This document shows positions 10,920 to 23,354 of a DNA stretch of 64,000 nucleotides, one piece after another. The DNA lies in NCBI RefSeq assembly GCF_009914755.1, contig NC_060928.1. One strand, 5' to 3'. Numbering within the stretch: position 1 is the stretch's first letter; every line of letters begins with the position of its first letter. The translations under genes were made by a program, and so were the position numbers. Below the pieces are notes generated by a model. That model searched no databases. It was not told where the DNA came from and saw nothing but the letters and a program-made list of their open reading frames with translations. The DNA comes from the human T2T-CHM13v2.0 reference genome, Homo sapiens.

Positions 10920-13900
10920 GTCTACAGCTTGCCCCAAAGAGATACACTTACACATGAAACTTTAGGGATATCTCTTTCATAAATCCTGTGAGTCTCTCTT
11001 GCTGAGGGGAAACTGACAAAAGTGAGGTTAGTAGGATAAACTACCGTCCCTGTTGGTGCAGTTGGTCTTGAGGACACAACTGTTACCTTGTTCTCTTCTT
11101 CCTACTCTATTCTTATCTCTTCCCCCTCTTGCTATGACCTTGGAAGGTCTTTGTGGTTTCCTTATATCCCCATTTCTAAGTGGTCTGAGCCTTTGGTTGT
11201 CATACCCCTTCTCAAGCCAGTTGCTGCTAAGTTCCATTCACAATTGTAAACAGTTAAGGGAGAATCAAGAGATGCCCAAGTAAATAATTTGCATTCCATA
11301 CTTCTAGTCCCTATTGCTTAAAACTAGAGCAATCTCCTGTTTATTAGGTTCAATTACCCTTTAAAGACAGTGGTTCTTTTCTCAGCTGTGGTTCCTTGGG
11401 AACTAGGAGTCCAAACAGTCTTGCAGTAGTAATATCTTCCAGCTCAATAAAACGTTTGCTGTATTTCTTGGAAAGAGTGTGCTTCTTTTGTGAATTTAAA
11501 TCTCCAACCTGCCAGCTTGGGGACAAGAAGCAAACAATCCCCAGTGGGGACTAGAAATGATGGCAAATGGGGTTGCTTTTGTTTCAACCAGTTGATACAT
11601 GATTCCAGGTTTTCTTCCCATTGGAGAAACAACATCATACTTAAGTCTCTGATTTAATGTATATACTGTATCTTGAAGAATGATTCCATATTTTTTCAGA
11701 GCATTGCTTCAAAATTATTCCTTCAACTTTGCCTCCATTGAGCCATTTCAGAGCTCAATGAGGCTGATTGATTGTTTCTCTATGGTTGATAAGTGATACA
11801 ACCAATGGACCTCATGGTCATGGGCCTTCTTCCATAACTCTTTATCTATATCTTAGGTTCCTGGTTGGGTGCTATGTTATATGGGATTCCATGACTGTGA
11901 ATTAGATATTTTGTAAACACTCATGTGTTTGTGCTTGCCAAGGTTCTGCAAACAGATAGGGAAACTCTCATTCCCTGAGTAAGTATTTTTCTTTATAAGG
12001 AAAAACATGAAACTTTAGGGAGATCTCTTTCATAAAGAGATCACTGAGCCTTATATGATGGGAAGGTCTTAATTTAGTCAATTTTCCAGCAATGGACTGA
12101 CTCATTGTTCTCTTCGAGTAATAGATCCATATCCCAGGACTCAGGACTGTCCTTGTTAATGTCCATTTGAAAATTCCAAGGCAGCAGTAGCTAGATAGAT
12201 CTTGATAAGTGAGAGTCTACATTGTTCAGTTTGTATGTAGCCTCCATCTTCACTACTGTGGCAGGTCCTTTCATGTGTGCGTTATACCATCCTGTGGTGG
12301 CTAATAGCAAAAGATGATTAAGGTCTGTTGTGAGAGTCGTTTTGGTCTCTCATTGTGTCTTCCTCAGAAGATGATTCCTGGTGGTGAATGTGTCTATCCA
12401 TGTGCCTATAACCTACACTTCCTTGTTTTTAATCTTATGCTGTTCCTTCTAAACTTCAGACCAGTCGGCCAGGTTATTTGGGACAATATTGTGAATAAAT
12501 ATATGTCTTAGTTTGTCCCTGATATTATGACAAAATGCACTAGAATGGGTAACTTTTAGATACTAGAAAATGTATCTCTCAGAGTTTTGGAGGCTGTGAA
12601 GTCCAAGATGGAGGTTCCAGAAGATTCAGGAACCTGAATGGTGTTGGCCTGCTCTTTGCTTCAAGGATGGCACCTTGTTGCTGCATCCTCACACGGTAGA
12701 AGGAGTGAAAGGGACAAACAGCTCTCTTTTACCACTTTTATAAGATCACTAATCCCATTCATAAGTGCTCTGTCCTCATGACTTAATCAACTTCTAGAGA
12801 CCGCATCTTTTAATACTATTCCATTGGCAATTAGGTTTCTATAGGTGAATTTTGGTGGAGACAAATTTAGAAAAAATCAATATTGTCAGTTCCAATGAAA
12901 ACTTTGTGATCTTATTTTTAAATGAATATAAAAGAACAAACACATTAAGAGATGAGCAACTGCATATAAGAGACTAAGAATTTATTAATCTGCTCTAGCA
13001 ATTATACAACTTTCAGTGCAGGAGCTACAATTGAGGCCACAGTTTAGTTGAGTTTTCAGTTTTCTCCAGTGTTCCCTAGGATTCACTGGGTTCTCTATAG
13101 GCAGGGAGTGTAATTGTAAGTATAAAAATAACAGGGACCACCAACATTTCATTCTTTATGTCTTTAATGGTATCACTAGTCCCTTCCATTCTTTCCATCT
13201 ATATGATTTATTTTGGCCAAGAAGCGAATTGGAAACACTTCCATTTGTCATTTTCCCCTGATGCTAGCTTTTATCTAATAGGCAAAGGGCCCAATGTGGT
13301 TGTTATACTAATGACAATCAATCCCAATTATAAATTCTGGGACTGGGGAAATGGTGATTGGATGGTTTGCAAACTCAGTGGACCCATTACGTGTTACTCG
13401 TTATCCAAGAGTTCATTTATTACATGCCCCCCTGAGCCTACACTCTAAAAGTGGAACCATAGTGACACTTTTGGTCCTCTAATTTCAGTGCCAACTTATA
13501 TGCTGTGTCTCTTAGCTCTCAAAATGTTTGGATATATCTTTCCCCAGTGTGTAATCACCTAAGTAAATGACCACCAGTAGCTTTGAAGAACAATTGGGGA
13601 AACAATATAGTGCACAATACACTATATATGCATAATACCTCTGGGACTACACAACCACTGCAGTCAATAGGTTCCAGCTCAGATAACTGACTAAAATCCA
13701 GAAACTCAGCAAGGCATGGTGACTTTTAACAGGTCAGCCACTGTCAATATCCTGCTCTGCCATTCTTTCCTTGTGATTGAAAATTTCAGCAAGTTCCCTT
13801 TTTTAGCTTCTTTGTACATTCCTTCATGTCAGGCAAAGAAACAGAAAATTGCCACATCATTCAAAATGAACCATTGCTTTTCCCTGATTTATAAGAGATA

Positions 13901-14850
13901 CCTTAGCAGAAAGTATAACCCATTCCTCAGGGCTCCTGCCAGCATGTTAAATCTTGTGACCTGAGAAAGGACTCCCAGGTTATCAATGTCTTAATTATGT
14001 AGTCTTATTGTCTGGCTCCCTGGATCAATCACCCTCATACCCACTTCCAAGAATATATTGCAAATTCTTGCAGCCCTTTACCATGTAATTTCTTCCCTTT
14101 TCAGTCTCAGCATGACCTGGTGGGTTGTGACTGGATTTAATTATTGTTATTGGCAAGAAAGACAGGAAAGGAGATAGGTTTCCTGAGGAGCACCTATTTC
14201 TGTGTAGAAGAAGTGAAGGAGTGCTGGCTCTTTCTCCAGAGGAAAGGGCCATTTGTTTGATAGTCTGAGGATTCTGAGGGGTTTTAAAACAGAGCCAAAA
14301 TTCTCACAAGAACCCATGTAGGTGTCCTCACCATATATTTCAGGGTATCCAAGTTTCCCAGTCAGGGCCCTGATAGTAACATAAAAGATCAGTCTAATCT
14401 TAGGACTTTACTGTCTTCGTAATCTTTGCATTTCTAACTATCAGATCTTCAGTTGTCTATTCAGCTGTGTCTTCTCTTCCTGCAGGAGATAAAAACTTCT
14501 TTATATGCTGCCAAAGAGACTCTGGCTTTCACACTTACTCTTTGCTTATTTGTTTAGTGCACTTTATTTTTCATTATCCTTCTGCAGTGTGTCAATTATG
14601 ACCCTACTGTTCTTGCAAGAAATGTTTTTATTTAAAAAAATCACTACATCACCAAGGGCATTCCACTCCACCCATATATTTTCAAAATTGATATCCATGA
14701 TATCCTCGGCAATTGGGTCATCAGTACCAGAGACTGTCAATACCGCATAAACATTTTGTATGAGGTCCTTCCTGACAGCTAGACAAAGAAAGAACCAGTT
14801 CCAAAATCTTATTTTATTTCCTGTTTTCCTGCAGGACTTAGGGTATTACC
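10920..14850 (-). mobile_element. ERVL internal sequence (ERV3-16A3/HERV16-like), decayed gag/pol
   Basis: The reverse strand at ~11450-11700 resembles the ERVL integrase C-terminus. A leader-like segment (cctgcaggaaaacagg...gattttggaactgg) abuts the 5' LTR. There are many stops and frameshifts. Confidence 0.7.
12504..12879 (-). mobile_element. MaLR solo LTR (MLT1A-type) inserted in the ERVL internal region
   Basis: tgtcttagttt...ggaggctgtgaagtccaagat...cactaatcccattcat...ctcatgacttaatca. TSD atata/atatt. Confidence 0.85.
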
Positions 14851-15260
14851 TGTGTTGGATGCAAAGGATTTATCGTGGGGAATTATTGCGAAGGATAAAA
14901 GGGTGAAGGAACAGGAGAAGATAAGATAAGGAAAGCCTTCTGACTGTGATGCAGTCTGAGATCTGTAAAATAGAGTGAAATAAAAGGATTGAGTTAGAAG
15001 ATCCTCATACAATAGCACAGTTCTGAAAAAGTTTGAGCCAGTCTGATGATGAGTCATGAGCAAAAGTTTTCTGTTATATGACTACTTTGTTGGGCAGGGA
15101 TGGGTCAGCACAAGTACCCATGCTGTACTCAGATACTGGCTGAAAGCAACCCAGGGAAAATGTTGCATAGTGAAAAATCAGTGAGGATCTAGAAGTCAAG
15201 TAGATCAGTCAAGTAGGCTATTTACAACAAACATGAGTGGCTTACTTTATAACTGCCATA
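14851..15260 (-). mobile_element. LTR16-family LTR (5' LTR of the same provirus)
   Basis: Homologous to 10492-10919 (tgcaaaggattta...gaaggataaa...aagccttctgactgtgatgcagtctga...gcacagttctgaaaaa). Confidence 0.75.
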
Positions 15261-15277
15261 TTTTTCCCTTGAAAACA

Positions 15278-15325
<48 letters not shown>

Positions 15326-16140
15326 TGGCATCATTAATTTTCTTTATATTTTCTTAATTTCTATTTAATTGATTTTTAAAATAATTTATTATATCCTTCT
15401 ACTTACTTTTCATTTAATTTTCACTTTTTAAAACAATTTTCTAAGCCTGGATCTCATAATGATTTGAGATTCTATTCTTTTCTAATAATATAAGTCTTTA
15501 AATTTATAAGCTTCCAAGAGCTGCTTTAGGCTCATCCTACAAATTTCAATATGCTTTATTTTTATCATTTGGCTTGAAATGTTTTCTACCTCCTCTTGTG
15601 ATTTCTTATTTGATCCATGAATATTTTTAGAGGTGAGTTTTGATTTCCAAATATTTGGGGTTGTCTTGTTATTTTATTTGTTATTGACCTCTAACTTATA
15701 ACAATTGTATTCAGATTATTTACTATATATTATTTTAATATTTTAAAATGTATTAAGACTGGTTATATGGCCCTTCATATGATGCATCATGCTGATATAG
15801 TATTTGCTCTTAAATAGTAAATATTATTCCCTTGTTAGATATAATGTTCTATAAATATCAGTGAAATCAAGGTACTTGATAATGTTGTTTAGATCTTATA
15901 AGTATTACCACTTTTATTCCTGTCGTTCTCATAAATTGCTTAGAGGGGGTTTTAAAATACTATTGAGAATTTTTCATTTCTCCCTTTAAATGTGTTAATT
16001 TTTTCTTCATGTATTTTGAAGCTCCATTATTAAAAATATAGACATTTATATTTGTTATCTGAGGAGATAATGCTTTATCTTCATAAACTAGTCTTCTTCA
16101 TGTGTGGTAATACTTTTTGTTCTGGATCTATTTTATCCTA
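15261..16140 (-). mobile_element. Old L1M ORF2 fragment (right part)
   Basis: T-rich antisense L1 motifs such as ctgctttaggctcatcctacaaattt, gatttccaaatatttgggg and catgtattttgaagctc. Confidence 0.75.
15275..15323. repeat. (CA)n microsatellite
   Basis: About 24 CA units with one interruption. Confidence 0.95.
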
Positions 16141-16456
16141 TTTATTAGTCTGTTCTCACACTGCTATAAAGAACTCCCTGGTAATTTATGAAGAAAAGAG
16201 GTTTAATTAACTCAGTGTCACAGGCTGTACAGGAAGCGTGGCTGGGAGTCCTCAGGAAACATACAATCATGGCAGAAAGGTGAAGGGGAAGCAAGCACCT
16301 TCTTGACATGACAGAGCAGGAGAGAGAAAGAGCAAAGGAGGAAGTGCTACACACTGGTAAACAACCAGATTTTGTGAGAACTCACTATCACGAGAACAGC
16401 AGAGGGTAATCCACCCCCATGATCCAATCACCTCCCACCAGGCCCCACCTCCAACA
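16141..16456 (-). mobile_element. THE1D-like MaLR LTR, missing its 5' end
   Basis: ttagtctgttctcacactgctataaagaac...caggctgtacaggaagcgtggctggg...atccaatcacctcccaccaggccccacctccaaca, then an abrupt switch to Tigger2. Confidence 0.85.
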
Positions 16457-19009
16457 GCCTGCTGGTGACCAGAAGCCTTACTGATAACACAGTCTATTAA
16501 CATATGTTTTCTATGTTATTTGTATTATATACTGTATTCTTACAATAAAATGAGCTAGAGAAAAGAAAATGCTATCAATAGAAGATTAAGGATGAGAAAA
16601 TATATTTGCTTGATTAAGTGGAAGTGGGTCAACATGAAGACCTTTATCCTCACTATTTTCCCAGTGACTAGACTGAGGAGAAGGAATAAGAAGAGGGGTA
16701 GGTCTTGCTGTCTCAGGGGCAGTAGAGGCTGAAAAGGTGGAGGAGGTAAAAGGAGAGGCAGAAGTGGAAGGTACACTTGGTATACATTTATGGAAATTCA
16801 TCGTAATTTCTGTCCGACACCTTTGCTTTTGTATTTCTCTAAAAATGTTTCCATAGAGTATCGATTCTTCTTCCACAAACTGGTTCAGTTTCAGTACCTG
16901 CATTATAAAAGGGTCCATGTCATGAAAGAAGTTGAAAGCACTCTTGAATAATTGGAACTCTTCAGTCAGACTGTCTAATGCAATTTGTTTTCTAGCACCG
17001 CTTCTTCTATGTCTTCTCCTTCATCGTTTGGCACTGGTTTAGGAATGCTTATCTCCATGAAGTTTTCTGTTAATTCCTCTGGTGAGTGCCTATTAGCTCT
17101 TGAATTTCTCCAAGATCCACATGGTGAAACACCACTCCCCTATCATTTTTTTTTTTTGCCATATTTACAATCTCTTTCATGATTTTCTTGAACAACTCTG
17201 TCTTGAATCCTGTGCAGTCATGCACAACATCTTGACACTTTCAATCAACAGGAATTGATCATTTCAGGTTTGATGACTCCACAGATTGGTCCGTTACAAC
17301 ACTGGCATCTTCAATAGTGTATAGTGCTTCCAGACTTCCATGATGTTCTCTCTATTGGGATTCTCTTCTATAACACTGATAATGCTTTCCATAGAGTATT
17401 ATCTGTAATCAGCCTTAAAGTTCCTTGTGATCCCCTGATCTAGAGGCTAAATTAGAGACACTGTATTGAATTCATGGAGCTCTGGATGGCCAGGGGCCTT
17501 GTCCAATATCAAAATAACTTTAAAAGGCAATCCCTTACTGCCAAGGCACTTCTTTACTTCAGTCACAAAGCATTGATGAAACCAAGTCAGAAAAGGTATC
17601 CTTGTTGCCTATGTCTTCTTGCTGTGCAACCAAAAGACTGGCAGCTAGTGTTTTTCTTTTCCTATCAAGACTGGGGGGTTAGCAACTTTATACATAAGGG
17701 TAGTCCTGATCATAAACCCAATTGCATTTGCACAAAACAGTAGAGTTAGCCTATCCCTCCTTGCCTTAAATCCTGGTGTTCATTTCTCTTCCTTATTAAT
17801 AAATGTCTCTTCTGTCTTTCCCACCCCTCCCCCAGCCCCAAATAGAGCACTTTTATTTGCATTAAAAACTTGTTCAGGTGGATATCCTTTCTCAATGATT
17901 TTCTTAATGGCTTCTGGGAAGTCTTCTGCTGCATCTAGGTCAGCAAAAGCCACCCCTCCTGTTGACATTTTTAAAGCCAACCCTCTTTCTAAAATTATTA
18001 AACCATCCTTTGCTAGCATGAAATTCTTTAGCTTTTGATTGTTCACTTTCATTTTTATTTGTCATATGATTTTGTTTTTTCTGGAATCATATCAGAGTCT
18101 ATCAGTATACCTTCTTTTGGCAATTCTGCACCAACATAAAAGCTGCATGTTCAATATGAGATAAAAAGGCACATCTTTTGCAAAAAGTTCAAGGTTTCTG
18201 TGCCTGCTGCTGTAGCTACAGCAACATCTTCAGAAATTTCTTTCTTTTTCTTCTTCTTCTTCTCTTTTAATGGTTCTCATACTGAATTCATTTATCTTAA
18301 AATGGTGGGCAATCACATTTGCATGCTTCAATTGCATACCAGGCAATTCAACTTTTTCTCATAATGTCATGGCTTTTCTCTGCTTCTTGGGAGGACTTCC
18401 AGCATCACTAGTGGTACTTCGAGTCAAGGTTTACATTGTTTCAGTAAACATGATGAAAAATACACAAGAACTACCAGAGATCACTTTCTACTGCAATATA
18501 CAATATATTAAATATATCGGAGAAACAAACTTTTCACATGGAGATGATAAGCATCACATGGCTTTTTAAGCAAATAGGATACTCGCAATACTTCGGCTCA
18601 CAGCAGTGGCTACAAAATTATCATGGTAGTGCAGTATGTACTACTGTAAATTTTATGTACTTATGATTTAATACTACATATCTAGATTTGTTTACATTTC
18701 TCTAGTCTGCAAATGACACCATGCTCTGTAAGTTTTTGTGTGTGTAAGTTTTGATGTTTTAAGTTTTTATAATAGATTTGTGCATATTTTATGGTAGGAA
18801 ATAACAAGATAGACTAATATCTACATATATTTTATGCATTTATGACACATCTAACTTTTTCTTAAATTTTTTGATATTTCTAGGCTACATGGTTCATCTG
18901 CAAATTTTTTTTCAAATTGTTGCAAATCTCCAATTTTCCAGTATATTTATTTTAAAAAATCTATGTAAGTGGACCCACACTTGAAACCCATGTTTTCGAA
19001 GTTCAATTG
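16457..19009 (-). mobile_element. Near-full-length Tigger2 DNA transposon (TcMar-Tigger), 3' TIR lost
   Basis: The right end read on the minus strand is TA+caattgaacttcgaaaacatgggtttcaagtgtgggtccactta, a degenerate Tigger2 TIR. A MER28-like 3' region lies at 16460-16740, and there are transposase remnants. Confidence 0.9.
16590..18410 (-). pseudogene. Decayed Tigger2 (pogo/CENP-B-like) transposase
   Basis: ORF pieces such as ...ADLDAAEDFPEAIKKIIEKGYPPEQVFNANKSALF (17780-18052) and MDPFIMQVLKL...TPLLIPSPQ (16586-16918), with multiple frameshifts and stops. Confidence 0.85.
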
Positions 19010-20776
19010 TATTAACTTTTTAGAGTGTGCCTTATTTAAAATTACTTAATGTATACACAAATATTGCCATGAAAATGAATCGAAATCATTATTTCTAATT
19101 CATATGTGGTCTAACAGACCACATCAGTGTGAAACTAGAATAATCTTAAGAGATAGATAATGCTTAAAATTATACTTTCTTGTTGTATCAAAAAATTTAT
19201 TTAGTGGTTTACATTACTATTGTCAAAGCAGTTAGACACTGACTTATTTTATTGCTTTCAGCGAGGAGGACATTTCCCATCTAGAGCACAATGTCTGATT
19301 TTTAATATATTATTCCTGTGAAGTATCAGCTTTACTATTGTAACATTTACAAATCTTATATTTTTGACCTTATAAGCCAACTTAGATTCCTGTCTAGGGG
19401 CCTATAGAATAAATGTTAACTACAGATTTATGCAAATATACACATTAGTTGGCAAGTTAAATGTTAAAGTGATGCTTTGAGGCTGAAAAAATGACAAAAT
19501 TAAGGAAAATATGATAAAAATTAATGAAGCCTATAAAGTAGAACATATTTACTTTAGTTTTTTTATTATTGCAGTGTTAACCTAAGAATTATTATCATGT
19601 GTATAAATAGAGATAACTAATGCAGTATTCTATATTATCAGCAAATGTTAATATTTCAGAATAATGTATTTTATTAAATTTGTGCTCAGATATTAAATGA
19701 AGGAAGTCTGTTCTTCAATACCCACATTAACTTTTGTTTAATCTCTAAAGAAATAAAGTAATAAGATAATATTTCAGAATATTCACTTATTTGCAGTAAT
19801 TCCATGTATCAAGTAAACATCAAAATTGAGATCTTTTTTTATTCCACAGCAACATTCTACACTGAAACAGAAGAGAAGAAAATGTTTAAAAAATTATATA
19901 TATATACTTCCTAATTATTAGCTTCATAGAAAAGTAATATCAAAATAATTGAAGAATTACATATCAAAAACAGAGAAAAGTAAAAGCTTACTTATTTGCA
20001 TTCCTACATATATTTTAGAATTATGAGTATGTAATGATACCTATAAAATATTTCAAACTTTTAAAATCTTTGTTGCCCAAAGAGAAGTTGTATTTCTTCA
20101 GTTTTAACATTTTTCTTAGTTTTTCCTGGTGAACACTTATAGATGTTTGAATGTTTCATTATAGGGCAACTTCAAATAGAACAAACAGGAGAATAATATT
20201 TGACTATATTATAAGCATATTTTAGATAAGCAGAAATAAAATTTTTTAGATGTCATTGTTACTCTCTCCCCCTAAAAAACTTAAATTCCAGTTTTATCAA
20301 AAGGTGTCACAGCTCTTAATTGAAAATCAATAGTAGTCAACTGAGTTTTTCATTGTATGATAATGAAAAATCATACACTCATATGAAATTACCACCTGTG
20401 TGAATACGGAAAACATTATTTTAGTACAAGAATATTATTTTTTATAATCAGAGACCTAGAGTAGAATACCAACTTCAGCAGGAATAAAGGTAAATTATCA
20501 GGACAAAGGATAATTTATCCTATGAATTAGAAGGTTAGAGACCTTTTCTATCCAAACTAAAAATGAACCTAAAATTCTTGACAGGTAACCTGGTAGGTAA
20601 CTCGTTTTGCATGAAAGTTGGCATTCATTTGGCATTTGAATGAATGCCAAATTTCCTAAATTTATTATTTTTGTTCAGGTATAAAAATAATAGATAAGTT
20701 TTTTATAATACCCTGATAGTATATGTAATCTGGTAATATTTAATTTCCTTCATAACTAAATTGTCAATAGAGTATT

Positions 20777-21319
20777 TGTGATGGTTAATATTGTCAACTT
20801 AATTGGATCGAAGTAGGCAAGCTATTGTTTCTGGATGTGTCTGTGAGAGTGCTGCCAAAGGAGATAAACATTTAAGTAAGTGGACTGGGAGAGGCAGATC
20901 CACCCTCAATCTGGGTGGTCAGCAGCTAGTCAGCTGCTAGTGCAGCTAGGATAAAAGCAGGCAGAGGAACATGGAAGGACTAGACTGGCTGAGTCTTCCT
21001 GCCTTCATCTTTCTCCCATACTGGCTGTTTCCTGCCCTCAAACACTGGACTCCAAGTTCTTCAGCTTGTGGACTCTTGGACCTACAACCAGTGGTCTGCC
21101 AGGGCCCTTTGGGCCTTCGGCCACAGACTGATGGCTACACTGTCGGCTCCCCTACTTTTGAGGTTTTGTGTCTTGGACTGGCTTTCTTGCTCCTCAGCTT
21201 GCAGACAGCCTACTGTAGGACTTCACTTTGTGACTATTTGAGTCAATACTCCTTAATAAACACCCTTTCATATATACATATATCCTATTAGTCCTGTTCC
21301 TCTAGAGAACCCTAATACA
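20777..21319 (+). mobile_element. MLT2A1/MLT2A2 solo LTR (HERV-L)
   Basis: tgtgatggttaata...gtggactgggagaggcagatccaccctcaatctgggtgg...ccttaataaa...tctagagaaccctaataca. TSD gtatt/gtgtt. Confidence 0.9.
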
Positions 21320-21384
21320 GTGTTGTACATTGAAATAAATATAATTATTCTGGTTTTGGTTGAACAGTTGAGAGGTACTAAAAT

Positions 21385-21683
21385 TGAGTTTTCTTGAAAA
21401 ATATATTTAATCTAAAGTACTGAAAATTTGGGGGAAAATGCTTCTGTAAATCCTAAGTTATTATTTCTTCAACTATATTCTGTAGTTAATTTCTCCAGCA
21501 ATTCTTAATTTCAGCACAAATTAGCCACTGTTTGAATTAGGAATACTGAATCGTCTCCATTGCAGTGCAGTTAATAAGTCATTTCTTGATGAAGTAGTCC
21601 ATGTAGGACTTGAAATCTTGTCTTTTTCATGATACATTATCATAAGGTCATATTCCTTTTTTGAAAAGATTGATGATACTATT
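21385..21683 (-). other. Candidate antisense terminal exon (unverified)
   Basis: Minus-strand acceptor ctctactagtgtctttcag|, a ~54-codon open frame ending at 21521, and ATTAAA at 21406-21411 (minus). Confidence 0.15.
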
Positions 21684-22904
21684 CTGAAAGACACTAGTAG
21701 AGTTAGGCTTGGTTTTATGACCAAACATTCTGATATGACTTTCACCAAATCAAATACATATACACAGAGAAATGAGTTAGAAATGATATAATAGAAAGAT
21801 ATTTCAAATTTTTCACCTAAGACAGTCACCATGATGCTACTTATATCATATTTCATGTAGAAGCGCTATATGTAAAATTAGTTGGCTCTACAAAAATCAT
21901 AAATATATCGAGAATATAATATTCTGATCTATGTTATGCAATTAAGCTTAGAAAGGACAATCTTTCTATTTTCATGATAAAATAGATCAAATAAATGGTT
22001 TTCAGGAGTACCTGCTTGGTCAGTCTCCTGGTATAAGTTTATTTGAATCACTATTAGTTTTAGAGAGCTCTTTTAGTTGAAAAAGTGCTTTTCATAATCA
22101 TGAATTAATCAGCATCCTTCTTATTTCTATAATTTTAACTTTTGAAAGAAATTATCCAGAAAAAAGTAAATATCACTTTCAATAATCATGATAGAAATTC
22201 TATTATGCAAAGATATTAATATGTTAAAATGCTGAAATAGCATCTTGCTATTAAAAAGCTCACTCTTTCTGCAATTTTAATACACTCTTTTTCTTCTTAC
22301 CCTGATTGAATTTGGCAGTATTAAGACCAACTGCACATGGGGCCAGTTGAATTAGTGACAGGAGGCAATTAGATTTGACCAGATCAACAGAGAATTTTCA
22401 TAGATTTTTGTCAGCTTATAATAATGATTAAACCTGTGTGAGCATTCAAAGAAAAATGTTGACATAAGGAAAATATTTACATTTTAATATGCTAGAAATT
22501 CGCAGTGAAATTATTCAAGCTTTGTCTCATCTTTTATATTTGTTTATGTATGAGGGTCTAAAAAAGCTTCACAAACTCAAAATGCCTGTTGGGATCTCAC
22601 GAAATGGGACAACAGTGATTCTAAACTCTGCTGTGTCATTGTTGTGCTTTATTTGGGGAGACTTTTTCCTGTTGCTTTCTTTGAGATGAAGTAATTTTTG
22701 ACCCAAGTAGAATTTATTTTACAAATGTACAAATTAAATGTTGAAGAAATGTAAATATTATAAATATTTGAATTGTCTTATTCTATGTACTTTTCCAAAC
22801 TCCATAATTCTTTATACATGTAGGGGAAAAAATGCTTTTAACATAAAATTATTACATCAGCAAATTTAAAAAATATTTTGTTCCTCTTTTTCTTTTAAAC
22901 TATA

Positions 22905-23345
22905 TACACCCAATCCATCAGCTAATTCCATTGTTGTAATTTTAAAATATATTTCAACAAAACTTTAGTGCTCCATCTCCATCACTAACACCAAATTAAA
23001 GTCAACATCAACAATTGCCAAAACATCCTACTGCTAACCAACTAGTCTTCTGGTTTCCTGTTTAACAACCTCATCTTTTTAAATAAAAATGGATTCATGT
23101 TAGATATCTATGTTTTTCATTCTTCAGTGGCACTTTTCGGATGGAATTCAAAGTCCTTACTCTGTCCTACAAATCTTATAATTGAATCTGGATAATCTTG
23201 GACCTTCTTTGTTTACCAACCTCCCTCCTCACCATCTTGCTTTCTGGGCACAATGGCCTCCTCTGTTTCTTGAACACATAAATCACAGTTCTGCATCTAG
23301 GCCTCCATATTTTTCATCCCCTTTATCTGCTTCTTTCTTCATGTT
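22905..23345 (+). mobile_element. L2 fragment
   Basis: ccaatccatcagc..., tccatctccatcact, aaagtccttactctgtcctaca, ggcctcctctgtttcttgaacac. Confidence 0.65.
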
Positions 23346-23354
23346 GGTCTCAGC

